From the NCBI GenBank assembly GCA_964412585.1, contig CAYPPJ010000002.1, positions 77,720 through 141,719 of the forward strand: a DNA stretch of 64,000 nucleotides, given 5' to 3'. This DNA comes from an uncultured Candidatus Saccharibacteria bacterium (GTDB lineage: Bacteria > Patescibacteriota > Minisyncoccia > Phycocordibacterales > PALSA-1337). The notes under the pieces are model-generated. The model was not told the DNA's origin. It saw only the letters and a list, made by a program, of their open reading frames with translations, and ran no database searches. A program made the translations under genes and the position numbers. This document shows positions 9,070 to 18,568 of this stretch, piece after piece (position 1 is the first letter of the stretch; every line of letters starts with the position of its first letter).

Positions 9070-10155
9070 ATGAAAACAAAAAAGATCATAGCCTTGTGCA
9101 TTGGCCTTATTGTCATTGTGGCCCTTATTATTACCGGTAGGACCAATGGGGGAGAGACGGCTAAAACCATCAGGATTGGCGCTATTTTACCGCTTTCTGG
9201 CACGCAAGCGTTTACCGGTGAAGGCATGAGAGATGCCCTTGAACTTGCGTGGAAGAATGTAAAAGGTACAAAATATTCGTATGAGCTCATTGTGGAAGAT
9301 GGCGCTTTCGACGCAAAAGCCTCTATCAGTGCCGCAAACAAACTGATTAGTATAGACAAGGTCGATGCAATCATTGATGCGTACGCACCCATAGGCAATG
9401 TTGTTGCGCCGATTACTGAAAAAGCCCGTATAGTGCATATTGGTGTCGGGTTTGATCCCAAGGCAGCCGAAGGTGATTACAATTTTATCCTATTTACCAC
9501 TCCGGAAACCGCCGCGAAATCCTTCTTGGCCGAAATGCAGAGACGTAATCTTCACACGCTCGGTATTTTCAGAGTGAATAACTCTGGAATATTCGCCGTG
9601 TATAGCGCAATTAAACTCAATGCACATGAGTACGGTATCACTATTATCTCTGATGAAATGTTTCAGCCGGGCGAACGAGATTTTAAAAGTCTTATCGTAA
9701 AGGGATCGACACCCAAGGCAGATTTGTACGCGTTGCTTGCACTGTCGCCCGAGCTTGAGATCTTGGCAAAACAGCTCTATGAACAAAATATCCATAATCT
9801 GTCCTCGACTATTTACTTTGAATTGGCGAAAGATAAGTCTGTGTTTGAAGGTTTGTGGTCTATCGGGTACGGGAAAGTGGCCTCTGACTTTGAGGCACAG
9901 TATAAATCAACGTATAACCGCGAACTTGGATTTGGGTCTGCTAATGTGTATGACGCGTTCAATGTGATTATGCGTGCAGCTGAGACGTCGGCCGGTACAA
10001 ACAAACCGTCGCCACAGGTTATTGCTTCTCAAATTCAAGGCGTTGGTAATTTCTCTGAAGTACTAGGTGAGCTCCGCGTGAATGATATCGGTATTATTGA
10101 TACACCGACGATGGTGAAGATGGTTAAGGAGGGGAAGATGAAGGTGGTAGAGTAG
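9070..10155 (+). CDS. type-1 periplasmic binding protein (LivJ-like), membrane-anchored, with no transporter partner
   Basis: Start placed at the internal Met (MKTKKIIALCIGLIVIVALIITG); the ORF-track start at 8956 would overlap the divergent regulator. TIRIGAILPLSGTQAFTGEGMRDALELAWKNV is PBP type-1-like. Confidence 0.65.
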   Translation: MKTKKIIALCIGLIVIVALIITGRTNGGETAKTIRIGAILPLSGTQAFTGEGMRDALELAWKNVKGTKYSYELIVEDGAFDAKASISAANKLISIDKVDAIIDAYAPIGNVVAPITEKARIVHIGVGFDPKAAEGDYNFILFTTPETAAKSFLAEMQRRNLHTLGIFRVNNSGIFAVYSAIKLNAHEYGITIISDEMFQPGERDFKSLIVKGSTPKADLYALLALSPELEILAKQLYEQNIHNLSSTIYFELAKDKSVFEGLWSIGYGKVASDFEAQYKSTYNRELGFGSANVYDAFNVIMRAAETSAGTNKPSPQVIASQIQGVGNFSEVLGELRVNDIGIIDTPTMVKMVKEGKMKVVE

Positions 10156-10181
10156 GTGGGACGTTCAGTCTATAGTGATTA

Positions 10182-11261
10182 TTACAACTGTATCTCAACA
10201 GGTTTACCCGCAGTTATCTTATAGAATTTCTGATCGAGGGTGGCCATCCTGTCGACATATCTCATACCACTAAGGGCGCTGTTGGGATTTTTTTCGGTGT
10301 TGCCAAAATACTTGATTACACAGGCGCTATCCTTATTGCACTTTTCCTCTGCGAGGAAGAGGTTTCTAATGTTTTCATAGCCGAAAGCGGCAGCTTCCAT
10401 AAGACCAGCGTCAGCTGATCCGAATTTGTCAGTATATTTCTTGGCAAAAGCAGGTGATATTGGAGAATCGAAGTATATGCTACCTTCGAGAGCAGGTGCG
10501 TAGTTTGCCAGTATCTTATCTGTCATACAATCTGCTTTATGACAGAAAAGCGGAATGTTAATACCCATGTCCGATGCTTGCTTGATGAGAGTATTGGCGT
10601 CTGCTTCGACGACAATGGCAATGATAGAATCGGCACCAAATTGCTTGGCCTTAAGAAGCAGTGTCTTGAAGTCATTACCTGCGATATTGTCGAAAATCAG
10701 TAAGTCGCCATCGCTGTACGATTTCTTGAGTGATGCAATGCACGTCGGTGCAACATCGCCAATCTTTGCGAAGATTGCGATCTTTCGAACTCCATTCTTG
10801 GGTGCGTATTCAACATAACTGTCGCACGCGGTCTTGATGTTCACGAACGATTTTACTGAGAGAGGATTTGTCTCCAAGATTTTTGGTGTCATGGCGCTAT
10901 AGAGCAGCACTTTTCCTGCTGACTGCACAATTGGAGAGGCTGCAAGTCCTAAACTCGAGAATTCCGTATATACCGCGTCAACTTTATCTATAGATACGAG
11001 CTTACTTGCGGCACTGGCCGCTGATTTTGGCGCACTTTGATCGTCTTCGATAATGACGTTGATTGCAGAGTTGCCGTATTCTTTCTGTATATCTTCGACG
11101 GCGAGCTTGATGCCGTTGCTGACCGGCTCAGCCCAGTAAGCTCCCCAGCCGGTGACGGGGAGGACTGCGCCGATACTTACAGATGCCTTTGTACCGCCTC
11201 GTGTTAGGAAGATAAGTATAATAACGATAACTACAGCAATAATACTAAGTGTTTTTTTCAT
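10182..11261 (-). CDS. type-1 periplasmic binding protein (LivJ-like), membrane-anchored, with no transporter partner
   Basis: MKKTLSIIAVVIVIILIFLT anchor, then SIGAVLPVTGWGAYWAEPVSNGIKLAVEDIQKEYG. It is convergent with the gene at 9070 and divergent from regulator 11425. Confidence 0.65.
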   Translation of the reverse strand: MKKTLSIIAVVIVIILIFLTRGGTKASVSIGAVLPVTGWGAYWAEPVSNGIKLAVEDIQKEYGNSAINVIIEDDQSAPKSAASAASKLVSIDKVDAVYTEFSSLGLAASPIVQSAGKVLLYSAMTPKILETNPLSVKSFVNIKTACDSYVEYAPKNGVRKIAIFAKIGDVAPTCIASLKKSYSDGDLLIFDNIAGNDFKTLLLKAKQFGADSIIAIVVEADANTLIKQASDMGINIPLFCHKADCMTDKILANYAPALEGSIYFDSPISPAFAKKYTDKFGSADAGLMEAAAFGYENIRNLFLAEEKCNKDSACVIKYFGNTEKNPNSALSGMRYVDRMATLDQKFYKITAGKPVEIQL

Positions 11262-11388
11262 GATGATTGGTTAATTGTTACGTCAAAACAATATCATAAA
11301 AGGTGGCCTTAGTCTCAAAAAGTAAGACCTCATTTCATTATATGTGTATAATAGGCCCAAGAATAAGGAAAATTTGACCAAAATAGTG

Positions 11389-11418
11389 TTGTCACACAAT
11401 CCGACAGTGTGATATTAT
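11389..11418 (+). promoter_or_regulatory. promoter TTGTCA-N18-TATTAT with inverted repeat TCACAC-N9-GTGTGA (11392-11412) in the spacer; candidate operator for regulator 11425
   Basis: Read directly from TTGTCACACAATCCGACAGTGTGATATTAT, 6 nt before the ATG at 11425. Confidence 0.5.
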
Positions 11419-11424
11419 GCCTCT

Positions 11425-12168
11425 ATGCAAGAGACACTCATTTCATATGGTTTTACCGAGAGACAGGCTGCCATCTATCTGTATTTGCTTGAACAGCACG
11501 ATAGGCCGGCATACGTGATTGCTACAGAAACACGAATACCACGTGCGACTGTATATAAGATTCTAGATGAGCTCAAGAAACAAGGGCTGATCAGCTCGTG
11601 GATCAAGAATGGCGTCAGACATTTCTCTGCTGAAAGCCCTGAATTTTTGCGTAGGGCACTTATTAAAAAACAGGAGCTTATTGATAAGGCGCTTCCAGAC
11701 ATGCTTTCGTTGTTCAAGTCTGATGTGATTTATCCAGCCGCCAAGCTCTATGAAGGCAAAGAGGGAGTAAAGCAGGTGTTTGAAAACATGCTTGATATCA
11801 TTCGAACTCGTAAACTCAAACGGATATATGCGTATAGCGACAATAGTCTAACCGAACAGTTTCCCGTATTTTTCCGTGAATGGCGTACGCGTAAGAACAA
11901 AAGTAGTGGAGGCGCATTTACACACCTCATTGTTCCATATGGTACGCAACTTAACAAAGATTATTTTAGTGATGAATTTCGCGAGACTCGAGTCATGACC
12001 CGTTCGTTTCCGATTGATGGTACGATAGATATTTGTGGATCGTATGTGGCCTTCTTTTCATTTAAAAAAGGGAATATATTCGCCGTAACAATAGATTCCG
12101 AGATAATTTCTGATTTGCTGACCAAATTCTTCCAATATATCTGGGAAACGCTCGAGCCGGGCCGTTAA
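11425..12168 (+). CDS. TrmB-family HTH transcriptional regulator (paralog 4)
   Basis: MQETLISYGFTERQAAIYLYLLEQHDRPAYVIATETRIPRATVYKILDELKKQGLISSW; C-terminus ...FFQYIWETLEP. Confidence 0.6.
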   Translation: MQETLISYGFTERQAAIYLYLLEQHDRPAYVIATETRIPRATVYKILDELKKQGLISSWIKNGVRHFSAESPEFLRRALIKKQELIDKALPDMLSLFKSDVIYPAAKLYEGKEGVKQVFENMLDIIRTRKLKRIYAYSDNSLTEQFPVFFREWRTRKNKSSGGAFTHLIVPYGTQLNKDYFSDEFRETRVMTRSFPIDGTIDICGSYVAFFSFKKGNIFAVTIDSEIISDLLTKFFQYIWETLEPGR

Positions 12169-12171
12169 AAC

Positions 12172-12200
12172 AAAAAACCGCCTCTACGGCGGTCTTTTGC
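12172..12200. terminator. bidirectional terminator between regulator 11425..12168 and hup
   Basis: ACCGCC-tctac-GGCGGT hairpin with an A-run before it and CTTTTG after it. Confidence 0.5.
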
Positions 12201-12262
12201 TAGAGAGAATAGTTCTAATTCGTGGAGAAGCGGTCGATAGTTCACCCCTCCTTGAAGTAGGG

Positions 12263-12535
12263 CTATTTAACTGCGTCCTTCAACGCCTTTGCGGCACGGA
12301 ACTTTGGAACCTTCATAGCTGGGACCTTGATGGCCTCACCAGTACGAGGGTTGCGAGCCTCACGAGCGGCGCGCTGCTTTACAGAGAAGATGCCGAGACC
12401 TGCGATAGATACCTCTTCGCCCTTCTTGAGGGTGTCGACGATGGTATTGATCATGGTCTCAACTGCTTGCTCGGCCTGAACCTTTGTTCCACCGAGTACG
12501 CCATGAACTGCATCTACGATTGCTGCTTTATTCAT
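12263..12535 (-). CDS. hup: DNA-binding protein HU
   Basis: MNKAAIVDAVH...GEEVSIAGLGIFSVKQRAAREARNPRTGEAIKVPAMKVPKFRAAKALKDAVK is canonical HU/IHF-family sequence. Confidence 0.85.
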   Translation of the reverse strand: MNKAAIVDAVHGVLGGTKVQAEQAVETMINTIVDTLKKGEEVSIAGLGIFSVKQRAAREARNPRTGEAIKVPAMKVPKFRAAKALKDAVK

Positions 12536-12648
12536 ATGGTATGTATTAAAGCTAATAAAGTGGTCCCGGCCCGCCGCCTAATGCGGCGGAACGAGTCTCG
12601 AACCATGTCCCAATTATATAGTAAGCCATATTTTGGGCAATAGGCCTT

Positions 12649-12682
12649 AAAAAATTGACACTACCGTAAAAGTAGTGTCAAT
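12649..12682 (-). terminator. rho-independent terminator of rny
   Basis: Perfect 11-bp inverted repeat ATTGACACTAC/GTAGTGTCAAT (12654-12664 and 12672-12682), followed on the minus strand by UUUUU. Confidence 0.65.
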
Positions 12683-12703
12683 TTCTTTATTATGTGATTG
12701 GTA

Positions 12704-14233
12704 TTATCTCGCAAACTCGATCGTTCTCGTCTCTCGAATGACATTCACCTTGATTTCTCCTGGGTATTTGAGATCTTTTTCGATCTTGAGGGCTATATCT
12801 CGAGCGAGATTGCGTGCTGTCAGGTCATCTACCTCCTCTGGTTTGACGAAGATGCGAATCTCACGACCAGCCTGAAGGGCGTAGGCCTTTTCGATACCAG
12901 GGAAGGAGTTTGCCAGGGCCTCAAGGTCGCCAAGACGCTTGATATAGTTCTCTACATTATCGCGACGCGCGCCTGGACGTGAACCAGATATAGCATCTGC
13001 TGTCTGGACAATACGTGACTCAACAGTCTCATACGGATATTCCTCATGATGCGCTTGCATTGCCTTGATAACTTCTTCTGGCGCACCGAACTTCTGAAGG
13101 ATACGACGGCCGATCTCAACGTGGGTACCGACTACTTCGTGGTCGAGAGCCTTGCCGAGATCATGAAGGAGGGCACCTGCTTTGGCAACTTGGACATTGG
13201 CGCCGAGCTCTTCAGCGATCATGCCTGCAATGTGGGCCATCTCCATAGAGTGCTGAAGGACATTCTGACCATAACTGGTGCGGAAATGGAGGCGGCCAAG
13301 GATAAGAAGGATGCGGGGATCAAGTCCCAAAACACCACATTCATAGGCGGCAGCCTCACCTTTTTCCTTGATGGTTTTGTTGATGTCTTGCTTTGCTTTG
13401 TCGACGACAGACTCGATCTTTGCTGGCTGAATACGGCCATCTTTGATGAGTTCGCGGAGCGCGATGGCGGCTGTGTGACGGCGTACTGGATCGAAGGAAG
13501 AAATGGTGATCGCTCCTGGAGTATCATCAACCATGACTTCAACACCAGTAACACGTTCAAATGCTTTGATATTGCGTCCTTCTTTTCCGATAATCTTACC
13601 TTTGACATCGTCACTTGGGATTTCGACAACAGTCGACATGACATCTTGGGAGACTGAAGAAGCAAGACGCTGAATAGAAACAGCGAGGATATCTCGTGCC
13701 TTCCTATCGAGCATTTCTTCTCCTTGGCTTTCTAGCTTGCTCATGCGGACGAGGAGGTCCTGTTCTGATTGCTTTTCAACAATCTTGATGAGCTGTTCTT
13801 TCGCATCTGCAGCCGAAAGCTGGGCGATTTTCTCGAGAGAGGCTTTGCGGTCCTCCTCAAGCTTATCGGCTTTTTCACGAATAGCCTTGATCTCGGCCAC
13901 GCGTGTCTTTATCATCTCGACTTCTTTGTCGATATCGGTCTGGCGCTTGTCCAAAAGGTCCTCCTTTTTGATCAGACGCTCTTCGATCTGGCGTATTTTC
14001 TCTTCTTTCTCTTTGACTTCTTTTCGTACGGTCTCTGCTATCTGTGCGGCTTTGGTTTCAGCGTCAGCGGTGATCTTCTTCGCCTCTTCTTTGGCGGCAA
14101 GGAGCATTTCCTTGATTTCGAGTTCCATCGAACCCTTTTTCCCTAATGAGATGATCAGACGCAGATAGTAACCAATAGCCACACCGACAACTCCAGCGAT
14201 GGAGAGGTAGAGTGCGACTAATTTGAGTGACAT
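12704..14233 (-). CDS. rny: ribonuclease Y (N-terminal TM helix, KH domain, HD domain)
   Basis: MSLKLVALYLSIAGVVGVAIGYYL anchor, then a coiled-coil, a KH motif (KIIGKEGRNIKAFERVTGVEV) and an HD domain (LLHDLGKALDHE). Confidence 0.85.
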   Translation of the reverse strand: MSLKLVALYLSIAGVVGVAIGYYLRLIISLGKKGSMELEIKEMLLAAKEEAKKITADAETKAAQIAETVRKEVKEKEEKIRQIEERLIKKEDLLDKRQTDIDKEVEMIKTRVAEIKAIREKADKLEEDRKASLEKIAQLSAADAKEQLIKIVEKQSEQDLLVRMSKLESQGEEMLDRKARDILAVSIQRLASSVSQDVMSTVVEIPSDDVKGKIIGKEGRNIKAFERVTGVEVMVDDTPGAITISSFDPVRRHTAAIALRELIKDGRIQPAKIESVVDKAKQDINKTIKEKGEAAAYECGVLGLDPRILLILGRLHFRTSYGQNVLQHSMEMAHIAGMIAEELGANVQVAKAGALLHDLGKALDHEVVGTHVEIGRRILQKFGAPEEVIKAMQAHHEEYPYETVESRIVQTADAISGSRPGARRDNVENYIKRLGDLEALANSFPGIEKAYALQAGREIRIFVKPEEVDDLTARNLARDIALKIEKDLKYPGEIKVNVIRETRTIEFAR

Positions 14234-14453
14234 ATGCGGTGTAGACCCGCTCTTTCCGGATTATGGTGAGAGAAACGTATGATGTGGCGCCGACAGCGTG
14301 CTCAGGATGGCTTTATTCATAAGATTTTTCATAAGTTGGATTCACTAGATTCCTTTAAAGCGGTATCAAATTTAAAAGTTGGTAACACCTGCATAATATA
14401 ATTAAATAGGCAAGTATGCAAGGTTTTGTACCAGGCGGTCTGGGTAGGCTATT

Positions 14454-14482
14454 TTGACATTTTCTGTAATAAAAGGTATATT
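14454..14482 (+). promoter_or_regulatory. sigma70-type promoter TTGACA-N17-TATATT upstream of clpP
   Basis: TTGACA at 14454-14459 and TATATT at 14477-14482. Confidence 0.5.
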
Positions 14483-14511
14483 ATAAACCTACTTTTAATC
14501 AATCACCAGCC

Positions 14512-15093
14512 ATGCTTATCCCTACAGTTATCGAAAAATCATCATTCGGCGAACGTGCCTATGACATCTATTCGCGTCTTCTCAAAGAAAACATTGTTTT
14601 CTTGGGCGGCCCGATAGATGATAATGTGGCAAACCTGATCATTGCTCAGCTGTTGTTTTTGCAATCGGAAGATCCAAAGAAAGACATTCAGTTGTACATC
14701 AATTCGCCTGGAGGTTCAGCCTCAGCGACGTTGGCAATGATCGATACGATCAATCATATAAAAAATGATGTCTCGACTGTCTGTGTTGGTATGGCAGCTT
14801 CGGGCGGTGCGTGGTTGCTTTCAGCGGGTACAAAAGGCAAGCGTTTTGCATTACCAAACTCAGAAATCATGATCCACCAACCACTTGGTGGGGCAGAAGG
14901 TCAGGCTACTGATGTTGAGATTCGTGCCAAGCAGATGATCAAGTTGCGTGAACGTCTTGCAAAAATCATGGCAAAAAATTGTGGTCAGACATTGAACAAG
15001 ATTGAGAAAGATATTGACCGCGATTATTTTATGGACGCAGAAGAGGCAAAGAAGTATGGCATCATCGATGCAGTTGTCGCTGGCAAAAAATAA
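14512..15093 (+). CDS. clpP: ATP-dependent Clp protease proteolytic subunit
   Basis: [53 protein letters not shown]...[16 protein letters not shown]...MIHQPLGG carries the catalytic Ser/His motifs of ClpP. Confidence 0.9.
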   Translation: MLIPTVIEKSSFGERAYDIYSRLLKENIVFLGGPIDDNVANLIIAQLLFLQSEDPKKDIQLYINSPGGSASATLAMIDTINHIKNDVSTVCVGMAASGGAWLLSAGTKGKRFALPNSEIMIHQPLGGAEGQATDVEIRAKQMIKLRERLAKIMAKNCGQTLNKIEKDIDRDYFMDAEEAKKYGIIDAVVAGKK

Positions 15094-15103
15094 TAATAAG
15101 ATG

Positions 15104-15127
15104 AAGCCGGCCGAGTGCCGGCTTTGT
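15104..15127 (+). terminator. terminator after clpP
   Basis: AGCCGGC-cgagt-GCCGGCT hairpin followed by TTTG. Confidence 0.5.
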
Positions 15128-15136
15128 CGTAACTAT

Positions 15137-15892
15137 ATGAGACTCCATCGCTTCTACATACAGGAATCAATTGGATCACAAAAAGAAATTACTGTTCAAT
15201 CAGATGAATTGATCAACCAGATCACGCGCGTGTTCAGGTTGAAGATAGGTGACGCGGTTATCTTGTTTGATGGTTCGGGCAATGACTATGAGTGTACAAT
15301 TGCGAATTTCGGTGGTGGTGCGGGGCGGGGAACACATGATTCCGCTGGTGAAAAAACTGACCAAAAAATGGTCACTTTTAATGTGGCAAAAAGTATGTCG
15401 AGTCGCTTCATGCCAGTTCGCGAGATTTCCCTATGTGCAGCTGTCGTCAAAAAAGATACCTTTGAATGGATTGCAGAAAAAGCCACGGAGCTTGGCGTGA
15501 CACAGATCATTCCCGTCATGGCCGAGCGCAGTGAAAAGAAAAATCTCAATGAGGACCGTCTCAAGAAAATTGTTATTGAAGCCAGCGAGCAAAGCGGTCG
15601 CGGGTCGGTACCTACCATTCATCCGATCATTTCATTAAAAGAATCCCTGGACTGGATCAAAGAAAAAAATATTTCTGCACTCGCATTTCATACCGAAGGT
15701 CCGCAGTTTGACTCGAAAGTGTTGAGCGATAAAAGTGACAAGCTCGAGATATTTATTGGCCCAGAAGGCGGCTGGTCTCCCGCGGAAGTGGAAATGTTTC
15801 ACAGCTATGAAGTGCCCGTCGTCTGTCTTGGAACCCAGGTTTTACGGGCTGAAACCGCGGTAGTCGCTGCCCTCTCCTTGACGATGCTCTAA
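15137..15892 (+). CDS. rsmE: 16S rRNA (uracil1498-N3)-methyltransferase RsmE
   Basis: MRLHRFYIQ...ITRVFRLKIGDAVILFDGSGNDYECTI and C-terminal ...IGPEGGWSPAEVEM...LGTQVLRAETAVVAAL fit RsmE. Start is placed at the internal Met; the ORF-track start at 15002 would overlap clpP and its terminator. Confidence 0.7.
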   Translation: MRLHRFYIQESIGSQKEITVQSDELINQITRVFRLKIGDAVILFDGSGNDYECTIANFGGGAGRGTHDSAGEKTDQKMVTFNVAKSMSSRFMPVREISLCAAVVKKDTFEWIAEKATELGVTQIIPVMAERSEKKNLNEDRLKKIVIEASEQSGRGSVPTIHPIISLKESLDWIKEKNISALAFHTEGPQFDSKVLSDKSDKLEIFIGPEGGWSPAEVEMFHSYEVPVVCLGTQVLRAETAVVAALSLTML

Positions 15893-15955
15893 AAGTGATG
15901 CTAATTTCAGTTAGCATCCTGTGAGGACAAAAATTTTATGGCATTTATGTTTCAC

Positions 15956-15985
15956 ACAAAAGCCCCAATCAGAGAGGGGCTTTTG
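15956..15985. terminator. bidirectional terminator between rsmE and tig
   Basis: AAAAGCCCC-aatcagaga-GGGGCTTTT. Confidence 0.6.
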
Positions 15986-16008
15986 TGATCGAGAATACGT
16001 ATTATTGA

Positions 16009-17085
16009 TTACTCTATTTTTTCCAAAAATGCGAAGACCTTTTCGTTGGTAAGCACAGTTTCTGCGTAGATAGCTGCACGCTCACGGTCTGCCTCCTTGT
16101 AGTGTTCAACGATGTGGTTTACTTCCTCCTCAATTTCTTTTTTATCAGGAGAAATGTTTTCTTTCTTGGCTATCGCGTTGAGGATCAATTGCAATTTCGC
16201 TTTTTTCTCAGCGTGTGGTCTCCATTCTTTTCGGACTTCTTCAAGTGTCTTCTTTGCATGCGTGAGATAATCATCGAGCTTTACTCCCATACGTTCGACA
16301 TCAGCGGCAAATTGAGCCTGTGTTCGATCGAGTTCGCTTTCGATCATAATGTCCGGCAACTCAACTGTTGTGGCATCGGCGAGGGCATCTGAAATACGGA
16401 TGCGCGCTTTTTCTTTTGCCTCGTCAATTTTTTGTTCCTTGATCATGTCAGAGAGTTTATTTCGGAAATCAGGAATGTCGTTGAAATCACCAAGAGTTTT
16501 TACCCACGCGTCTGTGAGTTCAGGCATTCCGGCTTCGATGGCCTTGTCATGTTCTTCTGGGGTCATCGTGTCATGATCGTGACCTTCGTGAGAAGCATGT
16601 CGTCGGCGAATCTTGAGTACGGCCTCGTCAATATCTTTTTCAGTTACTGCGGTATCTTTGGCATCTGATTTTTGCAGTGCGGCGGATGCCAATTTTTTGT
16701 ATTCAGGAAGTGTAACCTCTGGCACTACAGCGGTCGTTGCAGTGAACTCGAGGGGATTGCCGCTCGCAAGCTTGGTCACTCGAATCTCTGGTTTGCCGAT
16801 AGCATCTATTTTATTATCAATCAAAATATCGAGATACGCGCGAGAAAGTGCAAGCTCTGCCATTTCTTCCAAAATAGCCGACTCGCCAACTTTGGCAATG
16901 AGAATATTTTCAGGGACCATGCCTTTGCGGAAGCCGTCGATGCTGATGGTGTCGTTGATATATTTGAGAGCCTTTGGTCGGTATGTTTCCCATGAGCTGA
17001 CAGGAAGGGAGCCAGTAATCTCCACGCGAGATTTGTCGAGTTTTTTTAGTGCGGCGGTGTCGTATGTTTTTGTGGTTTTAGTCAT
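16009..17085 (-). CDS. tig: trigger factor (short form)
   Basis: Begins at MTKTTKTYDTAALKKLDKSRVEITGSLPV... with the trigger-factor N-terminal ribosome-binding region and a PPIase-like middle (GFRKGMVPENIL). Start is taken at Met 17085 rather than 17121. Confidence 0.7.
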   Translation of the reverse strand: MTKTTKTYDTAALKKLDKSRVEITGSLPVSSWETYRPKALKYINDTISIDGFRKGMVPENILIAKVGESAILEEMAELALSRAYLDILIDNKIDAIGKPEIRVTKLASGNPLEFTATTAVVPEVTLPEYKKLASAALQKSDAKDTAVTEKDIDEAVLKIRRRHASHEGHDHDTMTPEEHDKAIEAGMPELTDAWVKTLGDFNDIPDFRNKLSDMIKEQKIDEAKEKARIRISDALADATTVELPDIMIESELDRTQAQFAADVERMGVKLDDYLTHAKKTLEEVRKEWRPHAEKKAKLQLILNAIAKKENISPDKKEIEEEVNHIVEHYKEADRERAAIYAETVLTNEKVFAFLEKIE

Positions 17086-17132
17086 GGAGAGGAGTCTACA
17101 GGAATAGACTGCAAGAATCAAGAAAACAAAAA

Positions 17133-17156
17133 AACGTCTGAGCGGACGTTTTTTGT
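17133..17156. terminator. bidirectional terminator upstream of tig and downstream of 17175..17510
   Basis: AACGTC-tgagcg-GACGTT flanked by A7 and T7. Confidence 0.6.
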
Positions 17157-17174
17157 TTACGGGTATCTACTCTG

Positions 17175-17510
17175 TTAGAAATTTTGGTTGTCTAAACCTT
17201 TGACTGATGTGTTGAGATCTGCTTCGAGGGAGTCCACATCATCCGAGTTGTTGGTAATCGGAGTTATTGTCTGTTGCGATGAGCTGTTGCTTACTGCTGT
17301 CGATGGAGTACTCTCTGTAGCTACTGAAGAGTCAACTGGCGCTTGTTCCTCGTTGATGCGTGACGCAAAGAGATAGAGTGCGCCGATGACAAGTACGAGA
17401 ACAATAATGAGGACGGCGATGATCGGGCCAACCTTCTTGTGCTCCGGTGCCGGACTCGCTTGCATAGGCGCTGGCTGAGAGACTTGTGGCTGAGGTGAAA
17501 TAGGGTCCAT
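17175..17510 (-). CDS. hypothetical small membrane protein (Pro/Gln-rich N-terminus, one TM helix, Ser/Thr-rich tail)
   Basis: Contains PIIAVLIIVLVLVIGALYLFA. Confidence 0.4.
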   Translation of the reverse strand: MDPISPQPQVSQPAPMQASPAPEHKKVGPIIAVLIIVLVLVIGALYLFASRINEEQAPVDSSVATESTPSTAVSNSSSQQTITPITNNSDDVDSLEADLNTSVKGLDNQNF

Positions 17511-17537
17511 ATGATAGATGATTATGTTGATAATAGG

Positions 17538-18416
17538 TTACTGAGTAGAGGTAGCTGTTGGAGGTGGGGGAATAACAGGAGGAGTGGTTGAAGCGTTGTT
17601 TCCAAGGCCCATAGCCTGTGCAATAGCGCGAACTGTTGCAACAAGTGCCTCGTGGGCAGCTTTGACGGCTTTGATCGCAGCTTCACCTACTTGGCGTGGC
17701 TTTACAAGATCAACTACCGCATCAGTTGAAGAGGCGGTTGGGGTCGGTGCGGTATACGCCTTGAGAGCTTCGACAGCATTGATGGCATCCTGTATTTTTG
17801 CGTCAGCCGAGATAAGAGAACTCTTTGCTTTGGTCATATCGCGTCCTTCAGAGCTGGCCTTTTCAATACGGGATGCAATACGATCACGTATTTGCTTTAA
17901 ATTATTCAAAGAAACGGTGAGCTGTTTGATGATGGCATCTTTGCGGACTTTGAAGATGTCCATACGCATGTCCTTGCGGATCTCGCGACGTTCTCCGGTC
18001 GATGAGGCATTTTTCATATCTTCACGTCCCTCACGGCGGAGATCTCCAACTTCTTCACGGCGATCTTGGCGGATATCCTTTCGTTCAAGACGAGTGGTTG
18101 AAGCGAGGCCTAAAGGAGCGCGCATATCTGGGCGGGTGCTGCTGCCAATGCGACGATTTTCAAGAATGTTCTTATTGCGAAGTTCGACATTGTTTTGGAT
18201 GTTTTCAGCCTTACCACCGCGTCGCTGATCACGGATAATCTTCGGAACATTTGTTCCTGGTCGTGGTGGTGGAGGAACAGTACCTGGGGGTACCTGCTCG
18301 GTGACTGGGGGAGGCGTAGCGTCGTCGTCAGTTCCTTCTTCGGCGCGTACAGCAACAGGAAGAATGGCTACGAGGGCTAGAATAGCAACGACATAGAGAT
18401 AATAGTGTTTTTTCAT
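17538..18416 (-). CDS. hypothetical secreted low-complexity protein (Pro-rich ends, Arg/Glu/Asp-rich core)
   Basis: Signal peptide MKKHYYLYVVAILALVAILPVAVRA, then PPPVTEQVPPGTVPPPPRP... and a C-terminal PPVIPPPPTATSTQ. Confidence 0.45.
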   Translation of the reverse strand: MKKHYYLYVVAILALVAILPVAVRAEEGTDDDATPPPVTEQVPPGTVPPPPRPGTNVPKIIRDQRRGGKAENIQNNVELRNKNILENRRIGSSTRPDMRAPLGLASTTRLERKDIRQDRREEVGDLRREGREDMKNASSTGERREIRKDMRMDIFKVRKDAIIKQLTVSLNNLKQIRDRIASRIEKASSEGRDMTKAKSSLISADAKIQDAINAVEALKAYTAPTPTASSTDAVVDLVKPRQVGEAAIKAVKAAHEALVATVRAIAQAMGLGNNASTTPPVIPPPPTATSTQ

Positions 18417-18514
18417 GTGGTCTAAATTACGAATAATGCCACAAGTTAATGGCAGAAATATTATACCACGATGTTAGTAGAAGGCGGGATGTTGATTGTG
18501 GTGTAATCTGTAGA

Positions 18515-18543
18515 CAAAAAACCGGCAGAAGGCCGGTTTTTTG
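18515..18543. terminator. bidirectional terminator downstream of hppA
   Basis: AAAAA-ACCGGC-agaag-GCCGGT-TTTTT. Confidence 0.6.
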
Positions 18544-18568
18544 CGAGCTAGTTGCCCAAATTTTTCTA

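Noticed and set aside
13046-14168. Plus-strand ORFs 13046..13657, 13737..14168 and 13769..14146
   Set aside because: They are antisense to rny, which is unambiguous (KH and HD domains).
15002-15136. The upstream start of rsmE at 15002
   Set aside because: It overlaps the clpP 3' end and terminator; RsmE homology begins at the Met at 15137.
16102-17107. Plus-strand ORFs antisense to tig
   Set aside because: Trigger factor on the minus strand is clearly recognisable.
17584-18380. Plus-strand ORFs 17584..18228, 18002..18238 and 18195..18380
   Set aside because: Arg/Ser-rich frame-shadow translations of the low-complexity minus-strand gene, which has a signal peptide.
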